64,000 nt of DNA from an uncultured Candidatus Saccharibacteria bacterium (GCA_964576615.1 CAZNUU010000001.1:164226-228225), one strand, 5' to 3'; positions 8,855 to 18,053 are shown, counted from the first letter of the stretch. The notes: a model not told the origin generated them from the letters alone. Made by a program: numbers and translations.

Positions 8855-10081
8855 TTAGGGCTTACACGCAAAATACGCACCTATGTATGTGCACGAACCC
8901 CAAACACTTGCACCAACCACACAAGAGGCCCCAGATGACTTACCCTGACATGCATCTATTGCCTCTTGGGGTGGAGCGGGTGGACTTCCACTCCCGGACG
9001 GAGACTGGCCACTACCAGATTGCACACTCCCACTACTTTGGCCTTGCTCACCCCCTCCGCCTGGTTTAAATGTTGAGACTCCTTTAAAACAACTAACCGA
9101 GTAAGGGAAATCCTGGGTTAGAACATAGTGGTATGTATAAGTACTTTTACCATCGAGTGAAATCGTACTTTTGATTCCATGACACTCGTCCAGATCATTT
9201 GTGGTTAGATATTTTCCAGAAGGTAAAAGTGGTCCGGTGATTGGAAAACCATCCAGAGCGAAACCAACCACTTGGGATACTTTTTCTGTTTTAAGTTCAT
9301 TTTCAAACCCGTGATGATGATACTCTCCTGTTTTCTCGGGATGCCCGGCGTATGAATCTTGAACTTCGTGAGCAACAGCATCCCTGTTTTCCGCATCAAA
9401 ACCATCAAACAGCATGACACCATCGTTCATTACACCCACTTCACCGTATATACATTGCGGATTACTTTGGATCATGGGACTAACAGGAAAAGTGAAAGAT
9501 AAATTCTGAGCGGAAATAGAATTTGGATTTCTGTCGTATTGATACGCTGGATCTGTCGACTGAATCGGGAAAACTCCAGTTGTGTGATTTATTGGTAGAT
9601 CATTAAAAGTGATTAGCCTGTTACTCCCAGATATTTTCATGCTGTAACTCGCTTGTGGCCAAGAGACAGAACCAGAGACAGAGACTTTCTCTCCTGGTGT
9701 CCAACTCGAACCATGTATCCAAGACGGATTGCCTTGCGCCCCGCCACCGCTGCCAACATGGCAAAGATAAATGTATCCCTTCTTTGGAGCAGCTGTGACA
9801 TATTTACCATCACCCAGCGGAACAGTACTCACCCAATCAGAACCAGCGGGTATTGTCTCGACGGAGTTGTTTGTTGGACTCGTGTTCGAGGTTGTTGTTT
9901 TTGCCGAAACCGATGATGAAACTGGTGTGGATTTATTGCTTTGCTTTTCTACAGTATTTACATCAGTTGTTGTTAAATCAACACTCGGCAAAACGGAATG
10001 GCTTTGTTTTAGATAAAAATTTATTCCAAAAAAAACTCCAATTACCGCCAAAAAAGCACCTACCCAATAAAAATACTTCAT
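8855..10081 (-). CDS. secreted YHYH-motif domain protein with Ser/Thr/Gly-rich linkers and a Cys-rich C-terminus.
   Basis: N-terminal TM/signal sequence, a YTYHYVLTQDFPYSVSCFKG motif, and a C-terminal ACQGKSSGASCVVGASVWGSCTYIGAYFACKP. Confidence 0.5.
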   Translation of the reverse strand: MKYFYWVGAFLAVIGVFFGINFYLKQSHSVLPSVDLTTTDVNTVEKQSNKSTPVSSSVSAKTTTSNTSPTNNSVETIPAGSDWVSTVPLGDGKYVTAAPKKGYIYLCHVGSGGGAQGNPSWIHGSSWTPGEKVSVSGSVSWPQASYSMKISGSNRLITFNDLPINHTTGVFPIQSTDPAYQYDRNPNSISAQNLSFTFPVSPMIQSNPQCIYGEVGVMNDGVMLFDGFDAENRDAVAHEVQDSYAGHPEKTGEYHHHGFENELKTEKVSQVVGFALDGFPITGPLLPSGKYLTTNDLDECHGIKSTISLDGKSTYTYHYVLTQDFPYSVSCFKGVSTFKPGGGGEQGQSSGSVQSGSGQSPSGSGSPPAPPQEAIDACQGKSSGASCVVGASVWGSCTYIGAYFACKP

Positions 10082-10230
10082 ATCTTGTTACTGCTCATTC
10101 GATCGTAGACAAAGCTCACTACACCTAGACCAAGAACTAGTAATTTACTTGTTAATGAGCCTGTACCTGAAATAAATCCGACTAATGACAACACAACTAA
10201 AACGATACCAACAATTTGAAAAGTTTTCAT
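10078..10230 (-). CDS. small (50 aa) membrane peptide translationally coupled to the YHYH gene.
   Basis: Reverse translation reads MKTFQIVGIVLVVLSLVGFISGTGSLTSKLLVLGLGVVSFVYDRMSSNKI; its stop overlaps the downstream start (ATGA). Confidence 0.35.
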   Translation of the reverse strand: MKTFQIVGIVLVVLSLVGFISGTGSLTSKLLVLGLGVVSFVYDRMSSNKI

Positions 10231-10266
10231 AATTAATAATTATAAACCAAAATCACCACAAATGTT

Positions 10267-10298
10267 AAACCGCCAAGCAACGAAATGCTTGGCGGTTT
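10267..10298. terminator. bidirectional hairpin terminator.
   Basis: 13-bp stem AAACCGCCAAGCA / TGCTTGGCGGTTT lying between convergent genes. Confidence 0.55.
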
Positions 10299-10310
10299 GT
10301 CGAGAGAGAC

Positions 10311-10703
10311 CTATTTCTTCCTCGCCGTGACCGGTTTCTTTCTCTCCTCGAGAAGCTCGTAGACGATGTGCTCGTCAGAGTCCTTCGGTGGAGACTCGAA
10401 AAATTCGTCAGGCAATTCATCGTAAGTATCGTCTCTCATTGCCTGTCCTCGACTCCGACCCATTTCATCGGACCGGCGCCTGAGCTCCTTGGTGTCGAGC
10501 TTGCCGAGTTCAATCTTGCGAGCCCGATACCGCGTTTCCCTCTCGGCCCCACTTGTGGCGAACCTGCTCAAGCCGTCGAGATACCTCGAGATCTCGCCCT
10601 TGTGAGCAATGATCTTCTTTAGCTCCTCATCTGTCAGTTCGCGATCCTCGAGAAGGAGAGCAACAAAGCCACGCGCCCTCTTCCTTTCTTCTTCGTAGGA
10701 CAT
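10311..10703 (-). CDS. hypothetical highly charged protein in a GC-rich islet.
   Basis: 130-aa Arg/Glu-rich ORF in a GC-rich block. Confidence 0.4.
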   Translation of the reverse strand: MSYEEERKRARGFVALLLEDRELTDEELKKIIAHKGEISRYLDGLSRFATSGAERETRYRARKIELGKLDTKELRRRSDEMGRSRGQAMRDDTYDELPDEFFESPPKDSDEHIVYELLEERKKPVTARKK

Positions 10704-10770
10704 GACCTACCTCCGAGGGTACCCTAACAGAGTTTAAAAACTGAAGCAAATGTTAAATTATTTCATACTA

Positions 10771-11142
10771 TTATGAATACCCACCAGCCAGATCGTCCTT
10801 GCCAACAATTAAATGCAAATGAAAGTGATCTGGGAAGGACTTGCCCATTGCTTCTATTATCCAGTGATATCCTTGAGTTGATATATATGACTCTTTTATT
10901 TTCTCTAATTCTTCTCTTTCTTCCGGATTTAGTTCCCTTTCTTTGACGTGTCTCTTACTAACTAAAATATGATGCGTTTTGGCGACGAGATCATAAGGGA
11001 AACGATTGTCGATAATTCTCCAACCATTAAAATCTTTTATGGATTGTTCCTCACACATGGGACAAAACTTCGTAAGGTCGAGGGTTTTAAAATAGTCTTT
11101 GTATTTAATATCACTTTCCGGAGTTCTGAGTGTTTTGATCAT
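10771..11142 (-). CDS. HIT-family (histidine triad) hydrolase-like protein.
   Basis: C-terminal DHFHLHLIV fits the HxHxHxx triad; N-terminal CPMC motif. Confidence 0.55.
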   Translation of the reverse strand: MIKTLRTPESDIKYKDYFKTLDLTKFCPMCEEQSIKDFNGWRIIDNRFPYDLVAKTHHILVSKRHVKERELNPEEREELEKIKESYISTQGYHWIIEAMGKSFPDHFHLHLIVGKDDLAGGYS

Positions 11143-11693
11143 CTGACTATTATACTAGAACTGTTCTTTCTTCTCATTATGAAGTCGCCGTCGACTACTT
11201 TGCCTGTAAACTCAAATCCATAGGACTTGTAAAGTTTCTGAGCACCAATATTTTTCTCCCAGACATCCAGATATACATTCTGTGCTTTTTTTATTTGGTC
11301 GTAACCAAAGGCTTTGTCGAGCAGTTTTTTGCCAATTCCCATTTTCTGGTAATTTTGCAATACGTACAATCTCCGTATCTCTTGATCTCCTTCCTGAAAA
11401 TCGTCGGTAGGATAAGATGAGTCAATCGGACCAAACTCGCAATAACCAATCAGGATATCATTATCTTCCGCAACTATTGCAGTATTATCTTTCAAAGAAT
11501 CTGTAAAATATTTCTCTGAACGCCCCTCCTCCAAAGCAGCCTGTAAATCCTCAGGATTTTTAAAAGTATGTCCAAATGCATCCGTATAAGTCTTGGCTGC
11601 TAAAATAGCCAGATTCGGTATATCTTTTTCTGTAGCTTCCCTTGTTATCATTTTATCTATTGTACCAAACGAAATGCCGGGTAGCGCTTTCAC
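11139..11693 (-). CDS. GNAT family N-acetyltransferase.
   Basis: RRLYVLQNYQKMGIGKKLLDKA (acetyl-CoA binding motif A). Confidence 0.8.
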   Translation of the reverse strand: MKALPGISFGTIDKMITREATEKDIPNLAILAAKTYTDAFGHTFKNPEDLQAALEEGRSEKYFTDSLKDNTAIVAEDNDILIGYCEFGPIDSSYPTDDFQEGDQEIRRLYVLQNYQKMGIGKKLLDKAFGYDQIKKAQNVYLDVWEKNIGAQKLYKSYGFEFTGKVVDGDFIMRRKNSSSIIVR

Positions 11694-12307
11694 GCTACCC
11701 GGTTCTTAAAGTACTGTTCGTTGGCCGACTTGATCTGCCACGCGTCGGCGACAAACACCAGCGAGACTGCCTGTTGCAATGCAAGCCAGAAGTAGCCTTG
11801 CATGAACATGAGGATCCCAGCCGAAGCGTTCATGAGAAAGAACCAACCATACCCGTCGAGGTGATCTTTGGCGAGGCGGTAGGTCCCGACCAGGAAACCT
11901 ACCGTGACACCGAGCTCGACCCACTGACTCACGTGAATCATGAAGCCAAGCTTCCAGACACTGACAGCGACCCCGACGATTGCGGCCACAACCGCAAATC
12001 GATCGAGAATCTTCACTGACAGATCCCTGAACCAGCTCGGCTTCTTGTCCAGGCGCCGAAGCGCGAGAACAAGTCCGAGTACCATAGCCGGTGCGCCACC
12101 CGCTTCAACCAGAGTGACCATCAAATCGTTTTCACGGTAGAGGATCACCAGCCAAGCCGGCAGACCAACGATGTAGACCGCCCACGCCGCGATGTTCCAG
12201 AGACGCCATTCACGACCCTTCTCGGGTGACCTTTCCTTGCGGCTAAGGAAGATCTTGTTGAGAAGGTAGAAAACACCTCCCCAAGTCTGCAGTAATCCTG
12301 TGGTCAA
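11690..12307 (-). CDS. PnuC-like nicotinamide riboside/NMN transporter family membrane protein (GC-rich islet).
   Basis: Polytopic; GWFFLMNASAGILMFMQGYFWLA resembles the PnuC W-x-L-x-N...QG-Y signature. Confidence 0.4.
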   Translation of the reverse strand: MTTGLLQTWGGVFYLLNKIFLSRKERSPEKGREWRLWNIAAWAVYIVGLPAWLVILYRENDLMVTLVEAGGAPAMVLGLVLALRRLDKKPSWFRDLSVKILDRFAVVAAIVGVAVSVWKLGFMIHVSQWVELGVTVGFLVGTYRLAKDHLDGYGWFFLMNASAGILMFMQGYFWLALQQAVSLVFVADAWQIKSANEQYFKNRVA

Positions 12308-12405
12308 TCGCCACCTCCATCTACCCGGACAATATCATTTTTTATGGAAAAGTCAAATATAATTGGAAAAATCACTCAAAAAGTGTAGTATTTAATTTGT
12401 TTTAT

Positions 12406-12476
12406 TGCCGACTCGTCTAACGGTAGGACGTCTCCCTTTGGAGGAGAAAATTGGGGTTCGATTCCCTGGTCGGCAG
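12406..12476 (+). tRNA. tRNA-Gln (anticodon TTG).
   Basis: Cloverleaf with acceptor TGCCGAC/GTCGGCA, D-loop containing GG, anticodon stem TCTCC/GGAGA with loop CTTTGGA, and T-arm GGGG-TTCGATT-CCC. Confidence 0.7.
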
Positions 12477-12478
12477 CT

Positions 12479-12862
12479 ATGGACTTCGCATACATTGGAT
12501 ATTTATTATTTGTGGTTCCTGGATTTTTTCTTGTCTGGACATACAGACATTTTACAAATGCAGAAAAGATAGGGGAATTTGAATATGCAGCATGGAGTTT
12601 TTTCTTTGGAGTATTCCTTTTTATTGCGGATATTTACATATTATCAATCAACAACAAGTCACTACCCCCAATCCCCATAAACAACATTGCTGATCTCTTG
12701 GGAAGTATAATAGGCATATCTCTTGGAATTGTTCTTGGTTCATCATTTTTAATTGGTTACATCGGGGCGTTTATATCAAGAATGGGACTTTTTAGATGGG
12801 TAGATAAGAAATTGTTCAAATTTCTAGATTGGCTAGAAGAAATAGCCCATAACTTTTTATAA
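12479..12862 (+). CDS. hypothetical membrane protein abutting the tRNA-Gln 3' end.
   Basis: 127 aa with multiple TM helices; begins 3 nt after the tRNA. Confidence 0.4.
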   Translation: MDFAYIGYLLFVVPGFFLVWTYRHFTNAEKIGEFEYAAWSFFFGVFLFIADIYILSINNKSLPPIPINNIADLLGSIIGISLGIVLGSSFLIGYIGAFISRMGLFRWVDKKLFKFLDWLEEIAHNFL

Positions 12863-12886
12863 TTTAAACTGTTATATACTATAGTC

Positions 12887-13450
12887 ATGCAAAGATTATT
12901 AAATGTATTTTTTCACTGGATACCACTCGGAGCTACAATAGCCATCCTAGGTATTTGTATTTATGCAGTTGCACAGCAGAATTATAGGCAAGGTTTAAAT
13001 GATCCCCAGATTCAGATGGTCGAAGATGCCCAGACAGCAATTAATTCAGGGCTATCCCCTGTAGAAGTTGTCGGACGTGCTCCTCTATTTGATGCAGAAA
13101 AATCTCTAGCACCATTTATCGTAGTTTATGATTCAAACTACACCCCACTCGAATCTTCAGCATCAGTCGGAAATACTCCTCCAAAACCACCTTCTGGTGT
13201 TTTCGAATACGCCAAAGCTCATGGCGAAGACAGAGTAACCTGGCAACCAAATCCAGATACACGAATAGCTCTAGTCGTAAGACCGACAAAAAATGGCTTC
13301 GTTGCTTCTGGTAGAAATATGCGAGAAGTTGAGGGAAGAATTCGAGATATTGGCAATAAAATTTATCTGGGAATAATTGTCCTTCTTATTTTTACTTTCT
13401 GTCTCGATCTTATTGGAGACATTTACAGGAGACGCCAGATGGCTAAATAA
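12887..13450 (+). CDS. hypothetical membrane-anchored protein.
   Basis: N-terminal TM and C-terminal TM; no motif recognised. Confidence 0.4.
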   Translation: MQRLLNVFFHWIPLGATIAILGICIYAVAQQNYRQGLNDPQIQMVEDAQTAINSGLSPVEVVGRAPLFDAEKSLAPFIVVYDSNYTPLESSASVGNTPPKPPSGVFEYAKAHGEDRVTWQPNPDTRIALVVRPTKNGFVASGRNMREVEGRIRDIGNKIYLGIIVLLIFTFCLDLIGDIYRRRQMAK

Positions 13451-14632
13451 TTACTTGAGATCCAGATAGGAATTTATATAGTGCACAGCAAATCCCCCAA
13501 AACTACTGTAACCTTCAAATGCTGAAGCTAGATTTGTTTTTTGTTTATCTAAATAACTTTTATTCGTGCTGTAAAAAGTTACATAGGATGGCTGAACGTT
13601 TCCGGTCTCTTGGGCAATCACGACTTTTGTTTTAGCTAAGAGCGCATCTTTTATTTCTCCTTTTGAAATGTCTATCGAGCCATCGTCGCCTCGACTAAAA
13701 TTCCGGTATGACATAACAACTAGTTTACTGCCCGAACGTCTGTCCAGTACACGGAGTAAGTGATCAAATGTAAAACCGTTCTCCCCTCTATATGAATACT
13801 CGGGCGTCTCGTTGCTATCGCTATCATAAAAATCCGGCACAACCACAGAGAGTAGTAGGTCCGTATTGTTTAATTTCGCAACAGTTTGGTCAACCAGATT
13901 TACAAAATTATAGAGAGTAACTTGTTTATTCTCTTCGTACTGTGGTAGCAAATACGACTCAACATCATACTGAAACCCCCGAAACTTTTCCGGGTGACTT
14001 TTATTAAACGCGATCACATAATCCAAAACAGCCAGCGGTTTATAAAGATTGCCGAACTCGGCCCAGTTTTGCCAGCCAGCCTCGGCATCTACAGAAATGC
14101 CGTCTTTGTGAGCGTCAGCAATAAATTTTTCAACTGCATTATCAAAAGCTAATTTAGATTTGTCTCTTTTTTCTCCGTTAGGCATGAGAAAAATGTCCAA
14201 ATAGGAATCTATGGAAAGATAAATTGTCTTAATTCCATTTTGTTTAGCACCAGAAATAACAAACTCTTTATAGGCAGGGGTAATATCCATAACTGGTGTC
14301 CAAAGCCAAGTGCCCACCTCCTCTCCTCCATTTATATTGCCAGTATTGTTGGAAACCGAACTTATCACACTCGCCAAAAGCAGATTTTTGTCAAAAACCA
14401 CAGTGTCTTTATATTTCGTATTTGCCTCAGAAATGCTTTTTGGATAATGGATATCAGAGTACTGTCTTGGATAGTAAATTTTTTTCGCTGTTGTTTTAGG
14501 CAAGAGAGCAATCGCCGGTTTTGGCTTTGTAGATTTGAGCGAAACAATAAAAAATCCCCCCATGATAATCACAAAAGCTCCTGCCCAAATCAATCGTTCG
14601 AAACTTAATACAGATTTTTTGCTTTTTTTCAT
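13451..14632 (-). CDS. hypothetical membrane-anchored protein, possibly glycoside-hydrolase-like (TIM-barrel).
   Basis: 393 aa with N-terminal TM; alternating beta/alpha pattern with conserved acidic/aromatic positions. Weak call. Confidence 0.3.
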   Translation of the reverse strand: MKKSKKSVLSFERLIWAGAFVIIMGGFFIVSLKSTKPKPAIALLPKTTAKKIYYPRQYSDIHYPKSISEANTKYKDTVVFDKNLLLASVISSVSNNTGNINGGEEVGTWLWTPVMDITPAYKEFVISGAKQNGIKTIYLSIDSYLDIFLMPNGEKRDKSKLAFDNAVEKFIADAHKDGISVDAEAGWQNWAEFGNLYKPLAVLDYVIAFNKSHPEKFRGFQYDVESYLLPQYEENKQVTLYNFVNLVDQTVAKLNNTDLLLSVVVPDFYDSDSNETPEYSYRGENGFTFDHLLRVLDRRSGSKLVVMSYRNFSRGDDGSIDISKGEIKDALLAKTKVVIAQETGNVQPSYVTFYSTNKSYLDKQKTNLASAFEGYSSFGGFAVHYINSYLDLK

Positions 14633-15648
14633 TTTGCAATACTGACAAGAGCCAACTCAAGTGGCAGGGACTGAATATAGGCTCCGGTGGTTCTCTCGAG
14701 AGCGGTGAGAAGCTCGATTAAAACAGTCGAAGAGAATACTGTGTCCGTCTTTGATATATTACTCACAAACTCAAATTCTTTTTCTGATAAATCTTCCTTA
14801 ACCATACTCGTCTCTCCAAATCTAACCAAAAGTACAGCCCTGGCTGTATGTAAAATAAGCCTTAGAAAAACTGACATGTCGATATTTTGATTGGCCGCTT
14901 TCCTTACAGCACCGAGTCCCAGATCTAAATCCTTCGTTGATATAGAAGTTATGATGTCATGGACAAGTTCAATAGCGGGAGCGCCTGTAACTAAACGAAC
15001 TTCCTCTTCGGAAATTTTTTTATCTTTGGAATAATGAAGAATCTTTTGAACAATTCCCACCGTATCACGAAAAGATCCGTCCCCAAGTAATGCTACAAGC
15101 TCAGCTGATGGTTCGTCCATACTGTAGCCTTCTTTCTTAGCAACGGATATAGCCATTTTTTTAAGAAGATCTTGGCTTGGCTTTTTGAAAGTATAGACTT
15201 CGCAGCGAGACAAGACAGTTTCGGGGATTTTGTGAATTTCTGTTGTGGCAAGAATGAAAATTACATGGGAAGGTGGCTCCTCCAACGTTTTGAGAAGAGC
15301 GTTTGAAGCCGATTTCGAAAGCATGTGAACTTCGTCCAAAATATAGACTTTGTACTTGGATTCAAAAGGCAGAGTGAAAACAGACTCGTTTAGACTACGA
15401 ATGTCTTCCACAGAAGTATTGGATGCCGCGTCTATTTCGTAAATATCGTTTTTACTCGTACCTACTCCTGCAGCAAAAATTCTAGCTACGGATGTCTTCC
15501 CGGTTCCCCGGGTTCCGTAAAAAAGATAAGCGTGTGATATATTGCCGGACTTGGATTCTGCTTCGAGAACTTTAACAACATGATCTTGCCCAATTACATC
15601 AGAGAATTTAGTCGGCCTGTATTTTCTGTAGAGAGTTTGATTTTCCAT
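14629..15648 (-). CDS. dnaX: DNA polymerase III subunit gamma/tau (short form).
   Basis: YRKYRPTKFSDVIGQDHVVKVL, P-loop GTRGTGKTSVARIFA, ILDEVHMLS, and sensor LSRCEVYTF. Confidence 0.85.
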   Translation of the reverse strand: MENQTLYRKYRPTKFSDVIGQDHVVKVLEAESKSGNISHAYLFYGTRGTGKTSVARIFAAGVGTSKNDIYEIDAASNTSVEDIRSLNESVFTLPFESKYKVYILDEVHMLSKSASNALLKTLEEPPSHVIFILATTEIHKIPETVLSRCEVYTFKKPSQDLLKKMAISVAKKEGYSMDEPSAELVALLGDGSFRDTVGIVQKILHYSKDKKISEEEVRLVTGAPAIELVHDIITSISTKDLDLGLGAVRKAANQNIDMSVFLRLILHTARAVLLVRFGETSMVKEDLSEKEFEFVSNISKTDTVFSSTVLIELLTALERTTGAYIQSLPLELALVSIAK

Positions 15649-15665
15649 TGTCGAACTAAGTATAA

Positions 15666-15960
15666 CAATTTTTTTGAAACGAAAAATACCGTCAGAAAGA
15701 CGGCATCGGTCGGGCCACGTGAGATATCGAATTCAAGACATCTCACGTGGCAGGTCGCTTGTTACCGGACTTCTCCCTTCTGCGCCACGCGCCGATGGAG
15801 ATGCGGTGAGGCTAAGGACGGATCTGGGCCAAGACAGAAGCCCGCCTGGGCACATTCTGCCCCCAAATCTCCCACCTGACCGGAGCAAGGGCACGATTGC
15901 GGATTTTTGCCACCATTTTACTGGACTCGCCAGTACTACTGGTGTCTTATGGGGAGATGT
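15666..15960 (-). ncRNA. candidate structured RNA immediately upstream of dnaX, ending in an intrinsic terminator. Possibly SRP RNA by synteny; unproven.
   Basis: GC-rich, with an 11-bp perfect hairpin CCACGTGAGAT...ATCTCACGTGG (15705-15745) and a minus-strand terminator CCGTC-AGAAA-GACGG plus a T-run (15666-15703). A GGTCAGGT segment is only weakly SRP-like. Confidence 0.3.
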
Positions 15961-16035
15961 ATCCCAATCCCTCGCGCTCTCTCTTTCTATACAATCATCC
16001 TTTACGAAAAAAATGTCAAGACAATAAAGTTGTGG

Positions 16036-16320
16036 ATAAAAAGAAAAGCCCCGGCGCGGTTTTCTGCGCCGGGACCCGTTGTTCTTCTTGACTCCATGGT
16101 CTAAGCCCACTATTTTAATCAGGTTAGCGGGAACCTGCCGGGGCGACACGCCCTCGGTGAAATGTTCGCATTTTTCCAAGCCCGGAGCTCCACATTAGCC
16201 AGTAGATATCTCGCGGTGGATGAGCCAGCCTCTTCCTCTCTGCCGGTTTTATCCTAGTTATTCCGGCTCAGTGGGTGTGGCGTGCAATTGCCCAGCATCT
16301 GGGGATCACACAACCATGAC
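16036..16320 (-). ncRNA. candidate structured GC-rich RNA downstream of dus, ending in a strong intrinsic terminator.
   Basis: Minus-strand terminator CCCGGCGC-agaaaacc-GCGCCGGG plus CTTTTCTTTTTAT (16036-16073). A possible TTGACT-N16-TACCAT promoter lies near 16345. Contains AAGCCCGGAGCUCCACA, which resembles the RNase P P4/P5 string, but the motif order does not fit RNase P. Confidence 0.3.
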
Positions 16321-16365
16321 CAGTCCAGGAGCAATGGTAGCACAGTAGAAAATTAAGTCAATCTT

Positions 16366-17334
16366 TTATTTTGATGCCTCAATATAGTCATTTATTACTG
16401 CCTCGACTTCACCTCCGTTATTTGCTTCCATTAATTTCATGCGAAGCTCTTTTGAACCGTCGAAGCCAGCTACATATGCCTTAAAATGTTTTTTCATAAT
16501 TGAAAAACTTTTCTGAGACAATAATTCCTCAAATAATTTTGTATGTTCGATTAATACTCTAAGCCTTTCCTCTATTGAAATCTGATCTCGAGAAATATTT
16601 TTATCAAACAGCCATGGGTTACCAAAAATCGCCCTCCCCAACATAACTCCATCACAACCCGTCTCATCACACTTCCTCCTACCGTCGTCAATGTCTACGA
16701 CATCACCATTTCCAAAAATCAAAGTATCTTTTTTTAGTTCGTCTCTAATCTCTACTGCCCCCTTAACATACTCCCAGTTTGCTGGAACGTTTGACATCTC
16801 CTTCCGCGTCCTGGCATGAATAGTTATCACAGCCGGATTTACTTCCAGAAGTGCCGGTAGCCAGGTTTCTAATTCATTTTTATTGTAACCAACTCTCGTT
16901 TTCACACTAACTGGTAAATTTTTTCCATCTTTTTTAGCACCTTTCATTGCTGCCATAATTATTTCCTGGGCAAGTTTTGGATTTTTAATAAGTGCTGCTC
17001 CCCCACCTTGCTTCTCCACACTTTTATCAGGACAGCCCATATTTATATCGATACCGTCGAAACCAAGATCACAAGCAAGTTCAGTTGCTTTTTGCATCAT
17101 GTCTGGTTTACTTGTAAAAAACTGTGCCACAATTGGCCTTTCGGCATCGGTAAATGCCAGGTCTTTTATCAAATGCTCATAACCTCCCATAAAAAGTCCG
17201 TCGGCTGAGACAAACTCAGTCCACATTACATCCGGTTTGCCATACTTTGCGATGATACGTCGAAAAGCTGGATCCGTAACATCAGCCATTGGAGCTAGAA
17301 CCATTAGAGGTTTTCTTAGATTTTGCCAAAACAT
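16366..17334 (-). CDS. tRNA-dihydrouridine synthase.
   Basis: LAPMADVTDPAFRRI...DINMGCP...TIHARTR matches the Dus TIM-barrel signature. Confidence 0.85.
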   Translation of the reverse strand: MFWQNLRKPLMVLAPMADVTDPAFRRIIAKYGKPDVMWTEFVSADGLFMGGYEHLIKDLAFTDAERPIVAQFFTSKPDMMQKATELACDLGFDGIDINMGCPDKSVEKQGGGAALIKNPKLAQEIIMAAMKGAKKDGKNLPVSVKTRVGYNKNELETWLPALLEVNPAVITIHARTRKEMSNVPANWEYVKGAVEIRDELKKDTLIFGNGDVVDIDDGRRKCDETGCDGVMLGRAIFGNPWLFDKNISRDQISIEERLRVLIEHTKLFEELLSQKSFSIMKKHFKAYVAGFDGSKELRMKLMEANNGGEVEAVINDYIEASK

Positions 17335-17389
17335 CGTTTGACTATATTATATACATTCGTTATAAACAAATCGGAGGCAAGATAAAATC

Positions 17390-18019
17390 ATGTCAAGAAA
17401 ACCAATGCTCGCCGTGATGGCGTCCGGAACAAAAACAGGCGGTGGCTCGGGTTTTGAGAATCTGGTCAAGGCTTCACGGGACGGCAGACTAGACGCTGCT
17501 ATCTTCGTCATTTCTAATCACGAAAATGGCGGAGTACGCGAAAGAGCCAACAAGCTCGGTGTTCCCTTCACCTACTTCCCTGGGCCATGGACCGCGGAGA
17601 ACTACCGCAAGATAACTGAAGGAGCTGATTTCGTAGCTCTTTCTGGTTGGCTCAAGATGGTTTATGGGCTTGATCCCAAGACAACATTCAACATCCACCC
17701 GGGACCACTTCCGAAATTTGGTGGTGACGGAATGTACAGTCACCATGTCCACGAGGCGGTGGTCAGCGCATATCGCAGAGGAGAGATCGCCGAATCAGCT
17801 GTGACAATGCACTTTGTGATCGAAGGTTACGACAAGGGACCGATCTTCTTCGCCGAGAAGGTAGAGATGAGGCCAGACGATACACCAGAGTCACTTCAGG
17901 TCCGTGTCAACATGGCGGAGCATAAATTTCAACCCTTGGTGACTCAAGCTGTGTTACGAGGCGAGGTCAGTTGGGATGGCAAGGATCCTTCCACGCTTGT
18001 ATCGCCGTATCATTTCTGA
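17390..18019 (+). CDS. formyltransferase-domain protein (PurN/GART-like), moderately GC-enriched.
   Basis: N-terminal Rossmann-like region and NIHPGPLPKFGG (PurN NIHPSLLP motif analogue), followed by a hairpin at 18024-18047. Confidence 0.55.
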   Translation: MSRKPMLAVMASGTKTGGGSGFENLVKASRDGRLDAAIFVISNHENGGVRERANKLGVPFTYFPGPWTAENYRKITEGADFVALSGWLKMVYGLDPKTTFNIHPGPLPKFGGDGMYSHHVHEAVVSAYRRGEIAESAVTMHFVIEGYDKGPIFFAEKVEMRPDDTPESLQVRVNMAEHKFQPLVTQAVLRGEVSWDGKDPSTLVSPYHF

Positions 18020-18053
18020 ACAGATCCCCGCTTGAAAGAGCGGGGATAATCCA

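Noticed and set aside
15733-16179. 148-aa minus-strand ORF spanning the dnaX-dus spacer.
   Set aside because: Pro/Arg/Gly/Ser-rich low-complexity translation with no start context. The region is better explained as structured RNA with two terminators.
15649-16365. tmRNA or RNase P RNA assignment for the dnaX-dus spacer.
   Set aside because: No tRNA-like T-arm or acceptor pairing for tmRNA. The RNase-P-like P4 strings occur in an order incompatible with a P4 helix on either strand. Left as unassigned candidate ncRNAs.
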